DNA of 64,000 nucleotides from Patescibacteria group bacterium. Lineage in GTDB: Bacteria; Patescibacteriota; Patescibacteriia; JAHJFT01. Location: assembly GCA_028710985.1 (NCBI GenBank), contig JAQTTB010000001.1, positions 457,864 through 521,863 on the forward strand, given 5' to 3'. The translations under genes and the position numbers were made by a program. A model generated the notes under the pieces. It did no database searches, was not told the DNA's origin, and saw only the letters and a program-made list of their open reading frames with translations. This document shows positions 14,797-25,694 of the stretch, one piece after another; within the stretch, counting starts at the first letter, position 1; every line of letters begins with the position of its first letter.

Positions 14797-16122
14797 ATGT
14801 TACAACGCATCGCAAAATATCTCCTCTGGTTCTGGGTTTTTCTCATACCGTGGCAGACGCGGTGGATTATCGTTGATCCGATAATCGGCGGAGCGGCGTG
14901 GGAATATGGGCGGGTTAGCCTTTATGCGGGTGATATTATTTTTATAGCCCTTGCCGTCATTGCGGCATTTTTGGCTAAATCCCAAATCTCTCTGCCCGAG
15001 GCGGATGCGCCTCTGGTGCAAAATCTCAAATCTCAAAAATTTGGATTGAATTATATTTTAATTTTGATTTTTTTTCTGTGGGCCGGGGCGACTTTGATTT
15101 GGGTGGATGACCGGTTGGTCGGATTTTATTATGTTTTGCGTTTTAGCCAGATTGTTGCGCTTTGGTTTATCATAAAAATTATCAAACCAAATTTAAGTTT
15201 ATTTTTGTCCGCGCTGATTGCCTCCGGCGCGGTTCAGGCCGGGCTCGCGATCGCGCAGTTCGGATTTCAGTATTCTCCGGCCGATAAATGGCTCGGACTC
15301 GCCTCGCACGCGCCCTGGGAGCTTGGTCCGGCCGTGGTGGAAAGCGCGGCCGGCCGGTTTCTGCGCGCCTACGGCAGTTTGCCGCATCCCAACATGCTCG
15401 GCGGATTTCTGGTTTTTTGCCTGATCGCGGCCGCGCATTATATCAGCCGCGTTTCCGGACGAGTGGCGCTCTGGCTTGTCCTGCCCGTCCTCGTAATGTC
15501 GCAGGCCCTGGTCTGGAGCTTTTCGCGCTCTGCCTGGCTTGGACTCGCCTTCGGTTTTGCGGTTCTTATTCTAGGTTCGCGCGGCGTAAGAGATACACAG
15601 AAAAAATTCATCGTGATATTTGTTTTAATTTCGTCGGTTTTTCTCGCGAACGCCGCGCTCGCGCCCGATCTCCTGGGCTCGCGGCTCGCGGCCGCCGGCC
15701 GGCTTGAAGCCCAGTCAATTGCCGAGCGGGGAGCGCAGGCCGGACTCGCGCTTGAAGCCGCGAAATCCCATCTTCTGGGCCTCGGCCCGGGAAATTACAC
15801 GGTTTGGCTCATGCAAAAGTTTCCCAATTTGGCGGGCTATGCCTATCAGCCGGCCCACAATCTTTATCTTCTGGCATTGGCCGAACTCGGAATTCCGGGG
15901 GTAATAATTCTTGCCGCCCTGGCCGCCATGTTTTTGAAATTTTGCCGAAAAAATCTGCTTTGCCTTTCCCTGCTTGCGGCCGCCGGCATAATCAGCCTGT
16001 TTGACCACTATTTTTGGTCCAGCTACAGCGGAATTTTGCTCCTCGGCCTTGCCCTCATCCTGCCTGGGGTTAATGGGTTTTCAATTCACGCGCATTCTTG
16101 GTATAATAATCGCGAGGAATAA
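14797..16122 (+). CDS. O-antigen ligase-like (Wzy_C family) polytopic membrane protein
   Basis: Multi-TM protein with the ...SRSAWLGLAFGFAVLILG... segment typical of O-antigen ligase/O-oligosaccharyltransferase families. Confidence 0.55.
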   Translation: MLQRIAKYLLWFWVFLIPWQTRWIIVDPIIGGAAWEYGRVSLYAGDIIFIALAVIAAFLAKSQISLPEADAPLVQNLKSQKFGLNYILILIFFLWAGATLIWVDDRLVGFYYVLRFSQIVALWFIIKIIKPNLSLFLSALIASGAVQAGLAIAQFGFQYSPADKWLGLASHAPWELGPAVVESAAGRFLRAYGSLPHPNMLGGFLVFCLIAAAHYISRVSGRVALWLVLPVLVMSQALVWSFSRSAWLGLAFGFAVLILGSRGVRDTQKKFIVIFVLISSVFLANAALAPDLLGSRLAAAGRLEAQSIAERGAQAGLALEAAKSHLLGLGPGNYTVWLMQKFPNLAGYAYQPAHNLYLLALAELGIPGVIILAALAAMFLKFCRKNLLCLSLLAAAGIISLFDHYFWSSYSGILLLGLALILPGVNGFSIHAHSWYNNREE

Positions 16123-16140
16123 GAATGTTTAAGCCGAAAA

Positions 16141-16743
16141 ATGGATAGCCAAACTCGAAAGCTCTCCAGAGGCGAGAAGTGGAGCTTATTTGTATTAAGC
16201 GCCGCGACTTTGTGTATCGTAATTTTGGCTTCATGGCAGATGAAAAATACGATTTTTTCACCGTTTGTCCAGACGCCAAGTGAGGATACGCGCGCTCTGT
16301 TTGATAATTCACTGCAGCTTGAGGAATTGCGCGGCAAGGACAGCGATAGCGATGGCTTAAGCGACTTTGACGAGCTCTATGTCCACAATACGAGTCCGTA
16401 TCTTCCGGATACTGATTCCGACGGTATGAGCGATTCCGCGGAAATCACTGCCGGTAAAGACCCAAACTGTCCCGAGGGCCAGGAATGCTATATTGACCAG
16501 ACCGGCGGCACCTCGACCGCGGCCGGAGAAACCGAAGAAGTGAATTTGACGGAAAGCGAAAAGGCCGATCTTATGCTCCAGCTTCCGGCCGATGAGATCC
16601 GCGAGCTTCTGAAAAATGCCGGCGTGCCCGAGGAAACGCTCAACCAGCTTACTGACGACGAACTCAAACAGATGGTTGCCGATGTTCTTGCCGAAGAGGG
16701 CGGCTCATTGCCGGCGACCGGCTCAACTTCAACCCAAGAGTAA
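16141..16743 (+). CDS. Membrane-anchored protein with thrombospondin-type-3-like Ca-binding repeats (DSDSDGLSDFDE, DTDSDGMSD)
   Basis: N-terminal TM helix and acidic D-x-D-x-D-G repeats. Confidence 0.5.
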   Translation: MDSQTRKLSRGEKWSLFVLSAATLCIVILASWQMKNTIFSPFVQTPSEDTRALFDNSLQLEELRGKDSDSDGLSDFDELYVHNTSPYLPDTDSDGMSDSAEITAGKDPNCPEGQECYIDQTGGTSTAAGETEEVNLTESEKADLMLQLPADEIRELLKNAGVPEETLNQLTDDELKQMVADVLAEEGGSLPATGSTSTQE

Positions 16744-16747
16744 ATTT

Positions 16748-19700
16748 ATGATGCGTTTAAAACAACAAACAATGCGGACAATCGTTGCGCTTGTTTGTTT
16801 TGTTTTTGTTTGCAATCTCCTGCTCGTGCCGATTCATTACGCGCGCGCTCAACTGGTAGTAACGGATCCGGTTACCGGCCAGGCAGTCACCATAAAAAAT
16901 GTAAAAGATTTTATAAAGACCCTGCTTGTCGGCGTGGCCGGCGTTGCCGTAATTAACGCAGCAAATTATTTCGCACAAAAGCTCGCCTACGACGCCGCCG
17001 TAGCTTTGGTTTCCGGCGGTAAGGGCCAGATGCCGCTTTTTTCCACCAAGGGCTGGGGCGATTATTTTAAAGACGCATCGCTCGGCGCGGTCGGCGAATT
17101 TGTGGGCACTTTGTCCGAAGGATTTGAGGGCCTAGATCTCTGTAATCCCGGTCCGCCCGGCCTTGTGGCAAAACTTCAGACCAGTTTGGTCAAACCATAT
17201 ATTCCGGTGGGCGAAGGCCCGGAGCCAAAATGCGAGTGGAGCAATATTTCCGAAAACTGGACCGAGTTTACCGAAGACTTTACCACCGGCGAGGTTCTTC
17301 AGCGCTCGGGCGTGATGTTTGAACCCGGCCAGTCGCCGCTTTCCATTACCCTTGAAGCCAGCCGCAATCTTTCGGTTCAGGTTTATGAAATGGAAAAATT
17401 AAAAACCCTGGAACGCGAGGAGGGGGAAGGATTTTTGGCCAAGACCGGCATTATTTCCGGCGAGGTCCAGACTCCAGCCCAGGTCATCGCCCAAAAAGCC
17501 AAAGACCTTTCAAAGAGCGGCGAAGAATCCCAGCAAACTAATGTCCAGATGATGGGTTCGGCGCTCGGCGCCGGCGCGACGCAGATTCTCACTTCCGCGC
17601 TTGGCACATTCGTGAATACCCTGGCCGGAAAATTATTGGAAAAAATATTTAACAAGGGTTTAATTAGTTTTCAGAAAAAGGGAAAAAATACCGGCGCACT
17701 CATTAATCCTGAATTTTCGCTCGTCGGCACGCGCGAGGTGGCGCAGGAGATGCAGTCCGATCTGATTACCCCGCCGATTAAAGAGGCCGAGGTTTTTGAT
17801 CAGGTGACTGATTTTTCGGTCTGCCCCTCCCAGTTCGCCAGCCCGAATAACTGCGTAATTGACCAGGGATTTTCCGAAGCCCTGCGGCGGGAACAATCCG
17901 GTACCCCGCTCTCGGTCAAAGAGGCGATTAATCAGGGCCTGCTCCGCGGCGACTGGCCGCTTATTTCCTCGTATGACCGCGCCCGCAACACGGATATTTT
18001 TTGCTACACCTACGGATATTGCTATTCAAATTTAGTCAAACTTCGCAAGGCGCGCATCGTCCCGATCGGTTGGGAAATTGCCGCGCAAAAAAGCGGCGCC
18101 TCGGCTTCGCAGATAACCTTGAGCCAGGCCATGGATGCTTTCTATGACTGCGGAACCGATGCCGATGGCCGGCCGGTTGTGGATTCCGAACATCCGTGGT
18201 GCCACCTCGTCGATCCAAACTGGATTATCAAATATCCGCTTACCCAGTGCCGCGCTTCGGTCTACGGTTCAACCCTGCTCACCGCCGAAAACAGCCTGCG
18301 TTCCGAAACCTGCGTTGATTCGCCGACTTGCATTGCGGTTGATGACGGCGGATCCTGTGTCGGGGGTTGGGGATACTGCACCCGCGAAAAAAATACCTGG
18401 CATTTTGACGGCGACCAGTGTCCGGCGCGTTACGAGTCCTGCATCGCGCTTGAAGACCGGAGCGGCAATCAGGTTTCGTATTTATTAAATACCGTAAATT
18501 ACGGCGCCTGCACTTCGGAAAATGTTGGCTGTCGCTGGTACGCGCGCGAAAAGGCCGGCGACAACTGGACCGCGACCGCAAGTTATAATTCCACGGATAA
18601 AACCATGGTCGCGACCGCGGGCGCCATTTATTTAAACAAAAACGCGGCCGAATGTTCGGCTTCGGACGCCGGCTGCACGGAAATGATCCGTGCCACGGCG
18701 ACCGGAGCGACTTTGAATATTCTGCCCAATCCGAGTTTTGAAACCGCGTCCGCCGAAAATCCGGCCATGCCCGAGAACTGGGTTGCCGCCCGCGATAATT
18801 CCAAATACACCAGCGCGGCAACTACCCTGGACGCCACGGGGGACAAATCTTACGACGGGGTCGCGGCGGTTTCGCCCGGCACCGGCTTAGCCGCCGAAGT
18901 CAAACTCAATGCTTCAAGATTTTACACATTCTCTTTTTACGCGCGGACTTCCAGCCGCGCCACGCTTCTCGCCGGTGTTTCAGTCCTGAAGAGCGATCGT
19001 GTCAAAGCCGATCTCACGCCATATTATTTTTCTGGAACCAATTGCACGCGCGGCACCCAATTTGGCGAAGGCGGGGTAAATGAATCAGTTTATTTTAATC
19101 AGATTGCACCGCCCACCGAATACGCGCGCTATTCCTGCACCTTTACCACTCCGGTTGCCGCGGCTTCGCCCAAGGGATATTTTATCGGCCAGATATTTCT
19201 CTATAGCCAGGACGGCACCTGGATTGACGCCGTCCAGCTTGAAGAATCCGAAACCGTAACCGCGTTTCATGAAGGGATTTCCAGCGGAGCCGGGAGTGTT
19301 TATCTTAAAAAACCGCCCGAATATCTGGGATGCACCGGCGCCTCAACCGATCCGGCCGAATGTTCCAATTATCTGCGCCAATGCCTGGCATCGGATGTCG
19401 GCTGTTCAATGTATTATCCAACAAACGGCGATCCGGCGCTTGCCGCGGTCGCGACCGGCGAGAATATTTGTCCGGCCGAATGCGTCGGCTACGACACCTT
19501 CCGCGAAGAGCCGAGTCAGTGGACCGCCGCGGCCAAATTCCCGCTTTACTTAATTCCGGATACCGCCGAGATGTGTGAAGCGAGTGTCGTGGGCTGCGAT
19601 GAATTTACCAACTTAGATGCCGCTGAAGCTGGTGGGGAATCCAAAAATTATTTCACTTCAATCCGCTCCTGCCAGAAGCCGGCCGCGGACAGCGAAACGT

Positions 19701-22700
19701 TTTATACCTGGGAGGGCTCGGACACCGCCGGCTATCAGCTCAAGACGTGGGTGCTCAAGGCGAGCGACAAGGACGCCGGCCCGTGTACCACGCTCGCGCC
19801 GGGCGGGACCTGTAATGATCCAGCCGTCGGCACCGCGGACTATGACGAGCGCGACTGCTCGGAAGATTTTAAAACCGACGCCAACTGCCGCGAATTTTAC
19901 AATACCGCCGGCGGAATTTTTTATCGCAATTATTCAGATACCATTATTTCCACCGATGAATGCTATCGCTACCGCAAAACCGAAGCAACCGGGGAGGCGG
20001 ATTGCGAATCAACCGGCGGCCAGTGGAGCGCGGCCGGAGAATGCATTTATCTGGGCTATCCGTCCGAGAGCCAGCGCTGCGGCGCCGAATCCGCGGGCTG
20101 CCGCGCCTACACCGGCCCGACGAGCCGCAATGTTGAGGAAGAATTTTTTGACGAATTTGAAAATAACACAACCCAGGATTGGCAGGGCGGGGCCGTGAGC
20201 ACCGAATCCGTCACGCTCGGCGGGCATTCGCTCAAAGCCGCGTCCGGGGCCGCGGTTTCCAAAACCTGGGAATTAACCGCGGGCGAAACTTATATTTTGA
20301 GTTTCTGGGCCAAGGGACAAGGCACGGTGGCCGCGCAAATTGACGGCGAGCCGCTCGGCAGCGTCGCCCTCGGTTCGGAATGGGCAAATTATCAGGTCGG
20401 GCCCCTGCTCATGAGTGAGGCGGGGATAGGTTCAGTGGTTAGCTTCAGCGGATTTGCGGTTGATTCGTATCTGGACAACATCCGGCTCACTCGCGTATCG
20501 GATCATCTTTATTTAATTCGCAACTCCTGGTATACGCCGATGGTGTGCGACATGAATAATCAGGGCGTCTACCTGCCGCGCGCCCAACTCGGTTGCCGCG
20601 CCTACACGGACAGCGAAAATCAGGAAAAATATTTTAAATCATTCGATCGCCTTTGCAGCGAAGGGGCGGTGGGCTGCGAAGCTTTTATTGATACTTACAA
20701 TTCCGCGTCAACCGCGAAACAGATATTCAATCAGGGAGAGGACGGCGCCGAAGTCACGGTGCCCGGCGACACGCTTTCATATTATGTATATGACGAGAAC
20801 ATGGCCTGCGGCGCCGACGCCAAAGGTTGCGAAGCGATGGGTCGCCCGATTTTGGATCAGGATGGTCATACCGTGCTCTCGTACGATGATGTATATCTCG
20901 TGAACGATCCGGAAAATTATTCCAACTCGCTCTGCCTCACCGAAGAAGCCTACTGCGACGAATTCAAGGGCGATACCGGAACTTATTATTTCAAACATCC
21001 GGAAGACAAAACCTGCGAATTTAAGGAAAAGGTGAAAATTGCCGGGCTGGAATATTCGGGTTGGTTCCGCACCGGCACCGAAGACCCGTGCTATGGGTCG
21101 TATCTCGGCGCCGGCAACTCGTACGGTATCTGGAAAAACGGCGACTCGGGCTATGACGCCTGGTACGGCAACTGCCCGGCCGACATGAGCACCTGCACCA
21201 AATTTACCGATCCAGCCGACACTTCGGCCGATGAGCCGCAGGGCAAATCATATTATTATTTGGATAACGACACGCTTGATACTAAGAGCTGCGCTGGTTC
21301 GGCCTCCAAAAGCGCGGGCTGCGCCTTATTTAACAGTACTTCAAAGTCAACCAAGACAGAAAATTCCTGGGCGACTTATCTCACGAGCGAGGACAATAAT
21401 TTCGCCGCTGTTGCCACAATCGATTGCCTCAAAAGCGATAGTCCGTATTGTACCAAGGTTTGCTTTGATAAAGAATTCGGCCCGGAAGCGTTTGTTCCGT
21501 ACCGGTTCGGCCATAACTGTCGCGATGCCGGCGACTGTTCGGGCTACAGGGGTTGCGGTGAGATTTCAAGTTTTGGCAGCAAATGGCGGCACTGGATTCC
21601 GGAACAGAATATTTATCAATACACCGGTTCGTGCGAGGCCGGTTCGGTTTGCGCGGCCGGCAATCCGGGCTGTACCGTCGGCGATCTTTGCGTGGATATG
21701 GCCAAAGAGCTCCTGCGCAATGATTCAAATGAATTATTGAAAGTCCGCCGCGACCGCGAATGCGGCGAGTGGCTGGCGTGCCGCAGTTCGGTTTCGGTCT
21801 GGGACAATGAAACGCAAAAATACAAAAAAATCTGCACCAGCCTCGGGCTTTGCGACGAGTTTGCCCCGGTCGGGGATTCCAGCGAGTGCGTTCATTTTAT
21901 TGAGAGCGAACACGCCGAAGACGTGCTTTCCGAAGCGCTTTACACCGCGCGCGATGTTTCCTGGGAAGGCCAGGATTATTCGGGCTACGCCATTCCGAAT
22001 TATTATTCCATTGACGAGCTTTCGCCCATTGATTTGAGCAGTATTGTCGCCGGTTCAAGCCTGCCGGATTTGCGCGTTGCTTATGTTGAAACCGGCTGCG
22101 GCGCCGGCGTGGCTACTGGCCAGACATGCGGAGACGCGAACGCGCTCGGCAACAAGGGTGTCTGCGTTGCCCAAAAATGCGTTTATGCCATCAACGGCGA
22201 AGCCCTGCCCACGGCCGGAACATCGGCGGAATTATATACGTCGCTTACCGCCGGGGAAAACAAATACCGCGTGGTCGGCCAGTCCTGCCGCGCTTATCCG
22301 GAAGAAGGCGCGCCGTTCCCCTCAAGCGTGGCCGAGTGGGAGAACGGAAAAATGACCACCATTGACCCCAACTTCAAACGCGCCAATATCTGCGAGCAGT
22401 CGATCTGGGAAGATCTGAACAGCGACGGCGTGCGCGATGAAAACGAAATCACGTATCAGGACTGCGAATGCGATTATCAAAAAGTTGAATTTGGAAACGG
22501 CGCGGTCACGAAATTTTATTCCACCAATGAAGTTAATATTCCCAAAGGCATCTGCCTCAATGGCCCGCGTTCCGGGCTTTCGTGCGTGCCGGGCGCGGAA
22601 TACGACGACACCCTGCCGGCCGATTCCGCGGATAATCAAAAAACCTGCGGCGCGATTACTTCGGGCGGCGCCTGCCAGGCGGTTGAGCGCGCCGACAAAT

Positions 22701-25582
22701 TCGTGGGCTGGCTCGGCCAGTGCCTGGAGCGCGATTTGCGCACGCCATTGAACGGCAGCACCGAAGATTTTGCCTGCCTGACCTGGTATCCGTCTTACAT
22801 TCTTTCCGGCGGACAGGATGTTTATAATCTTTTCCCCAATGCCGGATATAATCCGACCAACACCGGCCGCTACTGGTGCGCCGAGGCGCGGGGCATCCGC
22901 AATTCCATTGGACCGACTCGGGCTGGCGAAGATTATGAAGTCATAACGCGCGATAATATTGCCAGTACCACAAAGTGGACAAAAGATCCGCCGGGCGTAT
23001 TATTCCCCGGGGTGCTGTGCACTGGCGCTATTAATTGTCCGGATGCAACGGGCCAGGAAAAGTCCGTGTGCCACGACTTTGGTTCTTACAGCGCCTGTGC
23101 CACGGGTAAATTTTATGGCAGCTATACGGCTTCTGAAGATTCGGCCTGGAATCTTTTGGTCTATACGGCCGACACCAAGGATTATTCAGAAAGATTTTTG
23201 CCGGCAACACAATACGAAAATTATTATCTTGACGAAATCGTTGCCATTGAACTCGCGGTTGACGGCGCGCATAATCCCAAGTTGTGGCCGGATGGCCAAA
23301 ACAGTGATACTGAAGATTTTTACGAAGACGGAAACAATATATTAAGCCGCCAGAATGAAGTTGAATTGAAAAACGGATTCAAAGCCTGGGAAACAAGCTG
23401 GGGCATTCCCGAAGAAACAAAAATTCCGTCAAGCGCTCCGCCGATTCTCACGCAGGCCAATTATGCGTTTTCCGGAGAATATAAATATGAGCATGTAACC
23501 GAAGACGCTTCATGCGAAAATGATTACAGCGATTCAAAGAGCTATTTTGCCATTCGCGCCATCTTTGACGCAAACGGCAAATTCCGCGGATTTTGGACCA
23601 CAACCTGCAATGGCACAAGCAAGCCGCGCGCCTGGGTGAAATTTAAAGTCGTTTTTCACCTTGCGGAAAATTGCGAATCTGTCGCCCAGGTGGTAAAGGC
23701 GAGCGGAGAAAACAAGGCCTATACCGACCGGCTTTATCAGGCAACGAATTTTTTAATGATTGTTGGCAGCGAATATAAATATCCGCAGACTTTCGCGCCC
23801 TTTGGTTCGGCGCAAAGTTACGAGTCGCCGCTTGGCCAAAAATTGCCGTGGATTGTCGGCGATAATCGGAAAGACAAAAATTCTGTCGGTACGCCGGACT
23901 TGAGCCTGATTCCGGAAGATTACACTCTCGCCGGTTCATCCCTTGGTTGTAAGGGCGCATGCGCCAAAGAAGAACTCGATGATTTAAATTTTAATACTTT
24001 AACGCGCGCCCTGGGCAATCTTCAGCAGTTATTTACTGCGGTTTATAAAATATTTGAGTGGGAGCCGGGCTATAAACAGGGCAAATGCGAACCGTCCGGC
24101 GGCTGGTCGGAAGGAACGGGTTTCTATATTCCCTGCAATGGCGAGGGCAACACATGTGATAATGATCCGCCCGGTTCGTGCGTGCAGTCTCTTGAATGCG
24201 ATATCGGTCCGCTCGCCGGCGATCGAAATTGCGCAATAAATGATTATTGCCAGGGCGAGTCCGGATATTGCTATCCAAATCCAGACACCACTGTTTACGG
24301 CGATACCGGCGGCGGACGATATGGGGTGATTGAGGAAGGCGAAGGCATTTGCACCGGCAGCTTGCGCGGCAGCGCGCTGTGCGGCGATATTGAATACCCG
24401 GATGAGGGCACGAATAATTTTCCGTCTCCCGAGGGCACCATCAATTTAACCGTTGACGCCGAACGGGCCGGTGATGAATTCTGTCAGACTTCGGGGGTGT
24501 GTATTGATTGGCATATTAGCGATGGTCAGACAATTTATCAGTGCTATGGCGGGCTAAAACATGGCGAGTCATGCAGCGGACAAAGCGATTGCGGCATTAA
24601 TGCCATGAACGGCTTTTGCGACAGCGGTGTTTGCACGGGCGGCGGCTTTGACAGCATATCGGAAAAAGTTTTCTGTTCCGATAACTCGCAGTGCATAATT
24701 TCAAATGCCATGTGCGCGACAAATGTTTATCGCTGCAGCGACGGACTATTGTCTGGCGCCGAATGTGATCCGGGCTCAAGCATTTGCGGCCAGTCATTTT
24801 CTTGTACAGTAGACGCTGTTCCGGCAGAGCGTGACTTTTACGAAAAGAGCGTTCCGGCCTCTGTCTCCGACACGGCCGAAAGCCAGGGCGTTCCGCCGAC
24901 CGTCGCGGCCATTGATTTTACCAAATGCGATCAATCAACCGGCACCTGCCGCATTGCCAAGCTTAACGGTTTTGATGTGAACAACTGGTATTACGGCACC
25001 ATCACCGGCCAGGAACAGCTCAAGGCAACCATCCGCTTTTATGCCTGGGCCGACCATAATCAGATGCCAATTGTTTCGCGCACCGTGGACTGGGGAGACT
25101 CAAGTCCCAAAGACATGACCTCGGCGAGCAAATACAAAAACTATAAGCCTTATTGCGACAGTGATTCCCTGGAATGTTCGGACGCTCCGGGCATGACCTG
25201 CAAGACATCGAGCGACTGCCCGTCCGGCACCGGCACGTGCCAGCCGGATCTAAGCGGCGTGCCGCACTTTGGCAATGATGACAAAGCCTGCAGCGAGGGA
25301 TTTTTCCAGTTTGAACACACTTATCTTTGCGATGGCGGCGACGAGCTTGGTACTTGTCCGTTCAGCGGTTCGCCGGCTTCGTCAGACAGCATTCCGGCCA
25401 ATGGCTGCAAAACCGCGACTGCCTGTTATTACCGCCCGCGCGTCCAGGTTCAGGATAACTGGGGCTGGTGCAACGGCGACTGCAATGGATTGGGTGAGGG
25501 GTGCTATGAGGATGAATGCTTTATTACAAGGGATGATCCACATTGGACCGAGTTTGATGGCTACATCAAAATAAATAAATAA
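16748..25582 (+). CDS. Giant secreted cysteine-rich protein (2,944 aa), signal peptide, CBM-like NPSFE region
   Basis: Uninterrupted 8.8-kb ORF; start at the ATGATG 5 nt after the upstream stop; N-terminal hydrophobic signal (IVALVCFVFVCNLLLVPIHYARA); very high Cys content. Confidence 0.7.
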   Translation: MMRLKQQTMRTIVALVCFVFVCNLLLVPIHYARAQLVVTDPVTGQAVTIKNVKDFIKTLLVGVAGVAVINAANYFAQKLAYDAAVALVSGGKGQMPLFSTKGWGDYFKDASLGAVGEFVGTLSEGFEGLDLCNPGPPGLVAKLQTSLVKPYIPVGEGPEPKCEWSNISENWTEFTEDFTTGEVLQRSGVMFEPGQSPLSITLEASRNLSVQVYEMEKLKTLEREEGEGFLAKTGIISGEVQTPAQVIAQKAKDLSKSGEESQQTNVQMMGSALGAGATQILTSALGTFVNTLAGKLLEKIFNKGLISFQKKGKNTGALINPEFSLVGTREVAQEMQSDLITPPIKEAEVFDQVTDFSVCPSQFASPNNCVIDQGFSEALRREQSGTPLSVKEAINQGLLRGDWPLISSYDRARNTDIFCYTYGYCYSNLVKLRKARIVPIGWEIAAQKSGASASQITLSQAMDAFYDCGTDADGRPVVDSEHPWCHLVDPNWIIKYPLTQCRASVYGSTLLTAENSLRSETCVDSPTCIAVDDGGSCVGGWGYCTREKNTWHFDGDQCPARYESCIALEDRSGNQVSYLLNTVNYGACTSENVGCRWYAREKAGDNWTATASYNSTDKTMVATAGAIYLNKNAAECSASDAGCTEMIRATATGATLNILPNPSFETASAENPAMPENWVAARDNSKYTSAATTLDATGDKSYDGVAAVSPGTGLAAEVKLNASRFYTFSFYARTSSRATLLAGVSVLKSDRVKADLTPYYFSGTNCTRGTQFGEGGVNESVYFNQIAPPTEYARYSCTFTTPVAAASPKGYFIGQIFLYSQDGTWIDAVQLEESETVTAFHEGISSGAGSVYLKKPPEYLGCTGASTDPAECSNYLRQCLASDVGCSMYYPTNGDPALAAVATGENICPAECVGYDTFREEPSQWTAAAKFPLYLIPDTAEMCEASVVGCDEFTNLDAAEAGGESKNYFTSIRSCQKPAADSETFYTWEGSDTAGYQLKTWVLKASDKDAGPCTTLAPGGTCNDPAVGTADYDERDCSEDFKTDANCREFYNTAGGIFYRNYSDTIISTDECYRYRKTEATGEADCESTGGQWSAAGECIYLGYPSESQRCGAESAGCRAYTGPTSRNVEEEFFDEFENNTTQDWQGGAVSTESVTLGGHSLKAASGAAVSKTWELTAGETYILSFWAKGQGTVAAQIDGEPLGSVALGSEWANYQVGPLLMSEAGIGSVVSFSGFAVDSYLDNIRLTRVSDHLYLIRNSWYTPMVCDMNNQGVYLPRAQLGCRAYTDSENQEKYFKSFDRLCSEGAVGCEAFIDTYNSASTAKQIFNQGEDGAEVTVPGDTLSYYVYDENMACGADAKGCEAMGRPILDQDGHTVLSYDDVYLVNDPENYSNSLCLTEEAYCDEFKGDTGTYYFKHPEDKTCEFKEKVKIAGLEYSGWFRTGTEDPCYGSYLGAGNSYGIWKNGDSGYDAWYGNCPADMSTCTKFTDPADTSADEPQGKSYYYLDNDTLDTKSCAGSASKSAGCALFNSTSKSTKTENSWATYLTSEDNNFAAVATIDCLKSDSPYCTKVCFDKEFGPEAFVPYRFGHNCRDAGDCSGYRGCGEISSFGSKWRHWIPEQNIYQYTGSCEAGSVCAAGNPGCTVGDLCVDMAKELLRNDSNELLKVRRDRECGEWLACRSSVSVWDNETQKYKKICTSLGLCDEFAPVGDSSECVHFIESEHAEDVLSEALYTARDVSWEGQDYSGYAIPNYYSIDELSPIDLSSIVAGSSLPDLRVAYVETGCGAGVATGQTCGDANALGNKGVCVAQKCVYAINGEALPTAGTSAELYTSLTAGENKYRVVGQSCRAYPEEGAPFPSSVAEWENGKMTTIDPNFKRANICEQSIWEDLNSDGVRDENEITYQDCECDYQKVEFGNGAVTKFYSTNEVNIPKGICLNGPRSGLSCVPGAEYDDTLPADSADNQKTCGAITSGGACQAVERADKFVGWLGQCLERDLRTPLNGSTEDFACLTWYPSYILSGGQDVYNLFPNAGYNPTNTGRYWCAEARGIRNSIGPTRAGEDYEVITRDNIASTTKWTKDPPGVLFPGVLCTGAINCPDATGQEKSVCHDFGSYSACATGKFYGSYTASEDSAWNLLVYTADTKDYSERFLPATQYENYYLDEIVAIELAVDGAHNPKLWPDGQNSDTEDFYEDGNNILSRQNEVELKNGFKAWETSWGIPEETKIPSSAPPILTQANYAFSGEYKYEHVTEDASCENDYSDSKSYFAIRAIFDANGKFRGFWTTTCNGTSKPRAWVKFKVVFHLAENCESVAQVVKASGENKAYTDRLYQATNFLMIVGSEYKYPQTFAPFGSAQSYESPLGQKLPWIVGDNRKDKNSVGTPDLSLIPEDYTLAGSSLGCKGACAKEELDDLNFNTLTRALGNLQQLFTAVYKIFEWEPGYKQGKCEPSGGWSEGTGFYIPCNGEGNTCDNDPPGSCVQSLECDIGPLAGDRNCAINDYCQGESGYCYPNPDTTVYGDTGGGRYGVIEEGEGICTGSLRGSALCGDIEYPDEGTNNFPSPEGTINLTVDAERAGDEFCQTSGVCIDWHISDGQTIYQCYGGLKHGESCSGQSDCGINAMNGFCDSGVCTGGGFDSISEKVFCSDNSQCIISNAMCATNVYRCSDGLLSGAECDPGSSICGQSFSCTVDAVPAERDFYEKSVPASVSDTAESQGVPPTVAAIDFTKCDQSTGTCRIAKLNGFDVNNWYYGTITGQEQLKATIRFYAWADHNQMPIVSRTVDWGDSSPKDMTSASKYKNYKPYCDSDSLECSDAPGMTCKTSSDCPSGTGTCQPDLSGVPHFGNDDKACSEGFFQFEHTYLCDGGDELGTCPFSGSPASSDSIPANGCKTATACYYRPRVQVQDNWGWCNGDCNGLGEGCYEDECFITRDDPHWTEFDGYIKINK

Positions 25583-25593
25583 AAAATAATAAA

Positions 25594-25628
25594 TCGTCCT
25601 GATGGATGGTGAGGACGATTTTGTTTTT
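25594..25628 (+). terminator. Rho-independent terminator after the giant gene
   Basis: TCGTCCT-N11-AGGACGA + TTTTGTTTTT. Confidence 0.55.
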
Positions 25629-25664
25629 AAAAAAAAGAGAGCGCCAACAGGGGGTTGGTGCTCT
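25629..25664 (-). terminator. Minus-strand terminator for the PEGA lipoprotein gene
   Basis: AGAGCGCCAAC-aggggg-GTTGGTGCTCT preceded (on +) by AAAAAAAAG. Confidence 0.5.
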
Positions 25665-25694
25665 TGAGGAGGCGACCGAAGGTCAGACCGCGGG

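Noticed and set aside
17383-25208. Dozens of 60-190-aa ORFs on both strands inside the giant-protein gene (Arg/Pro/Ala-rich translations)
   Set aside because: They are antisense or out-of-frame shadows of a GC-rich, continuous 8.8-kb ORF. None has start signals or a plausible composition.
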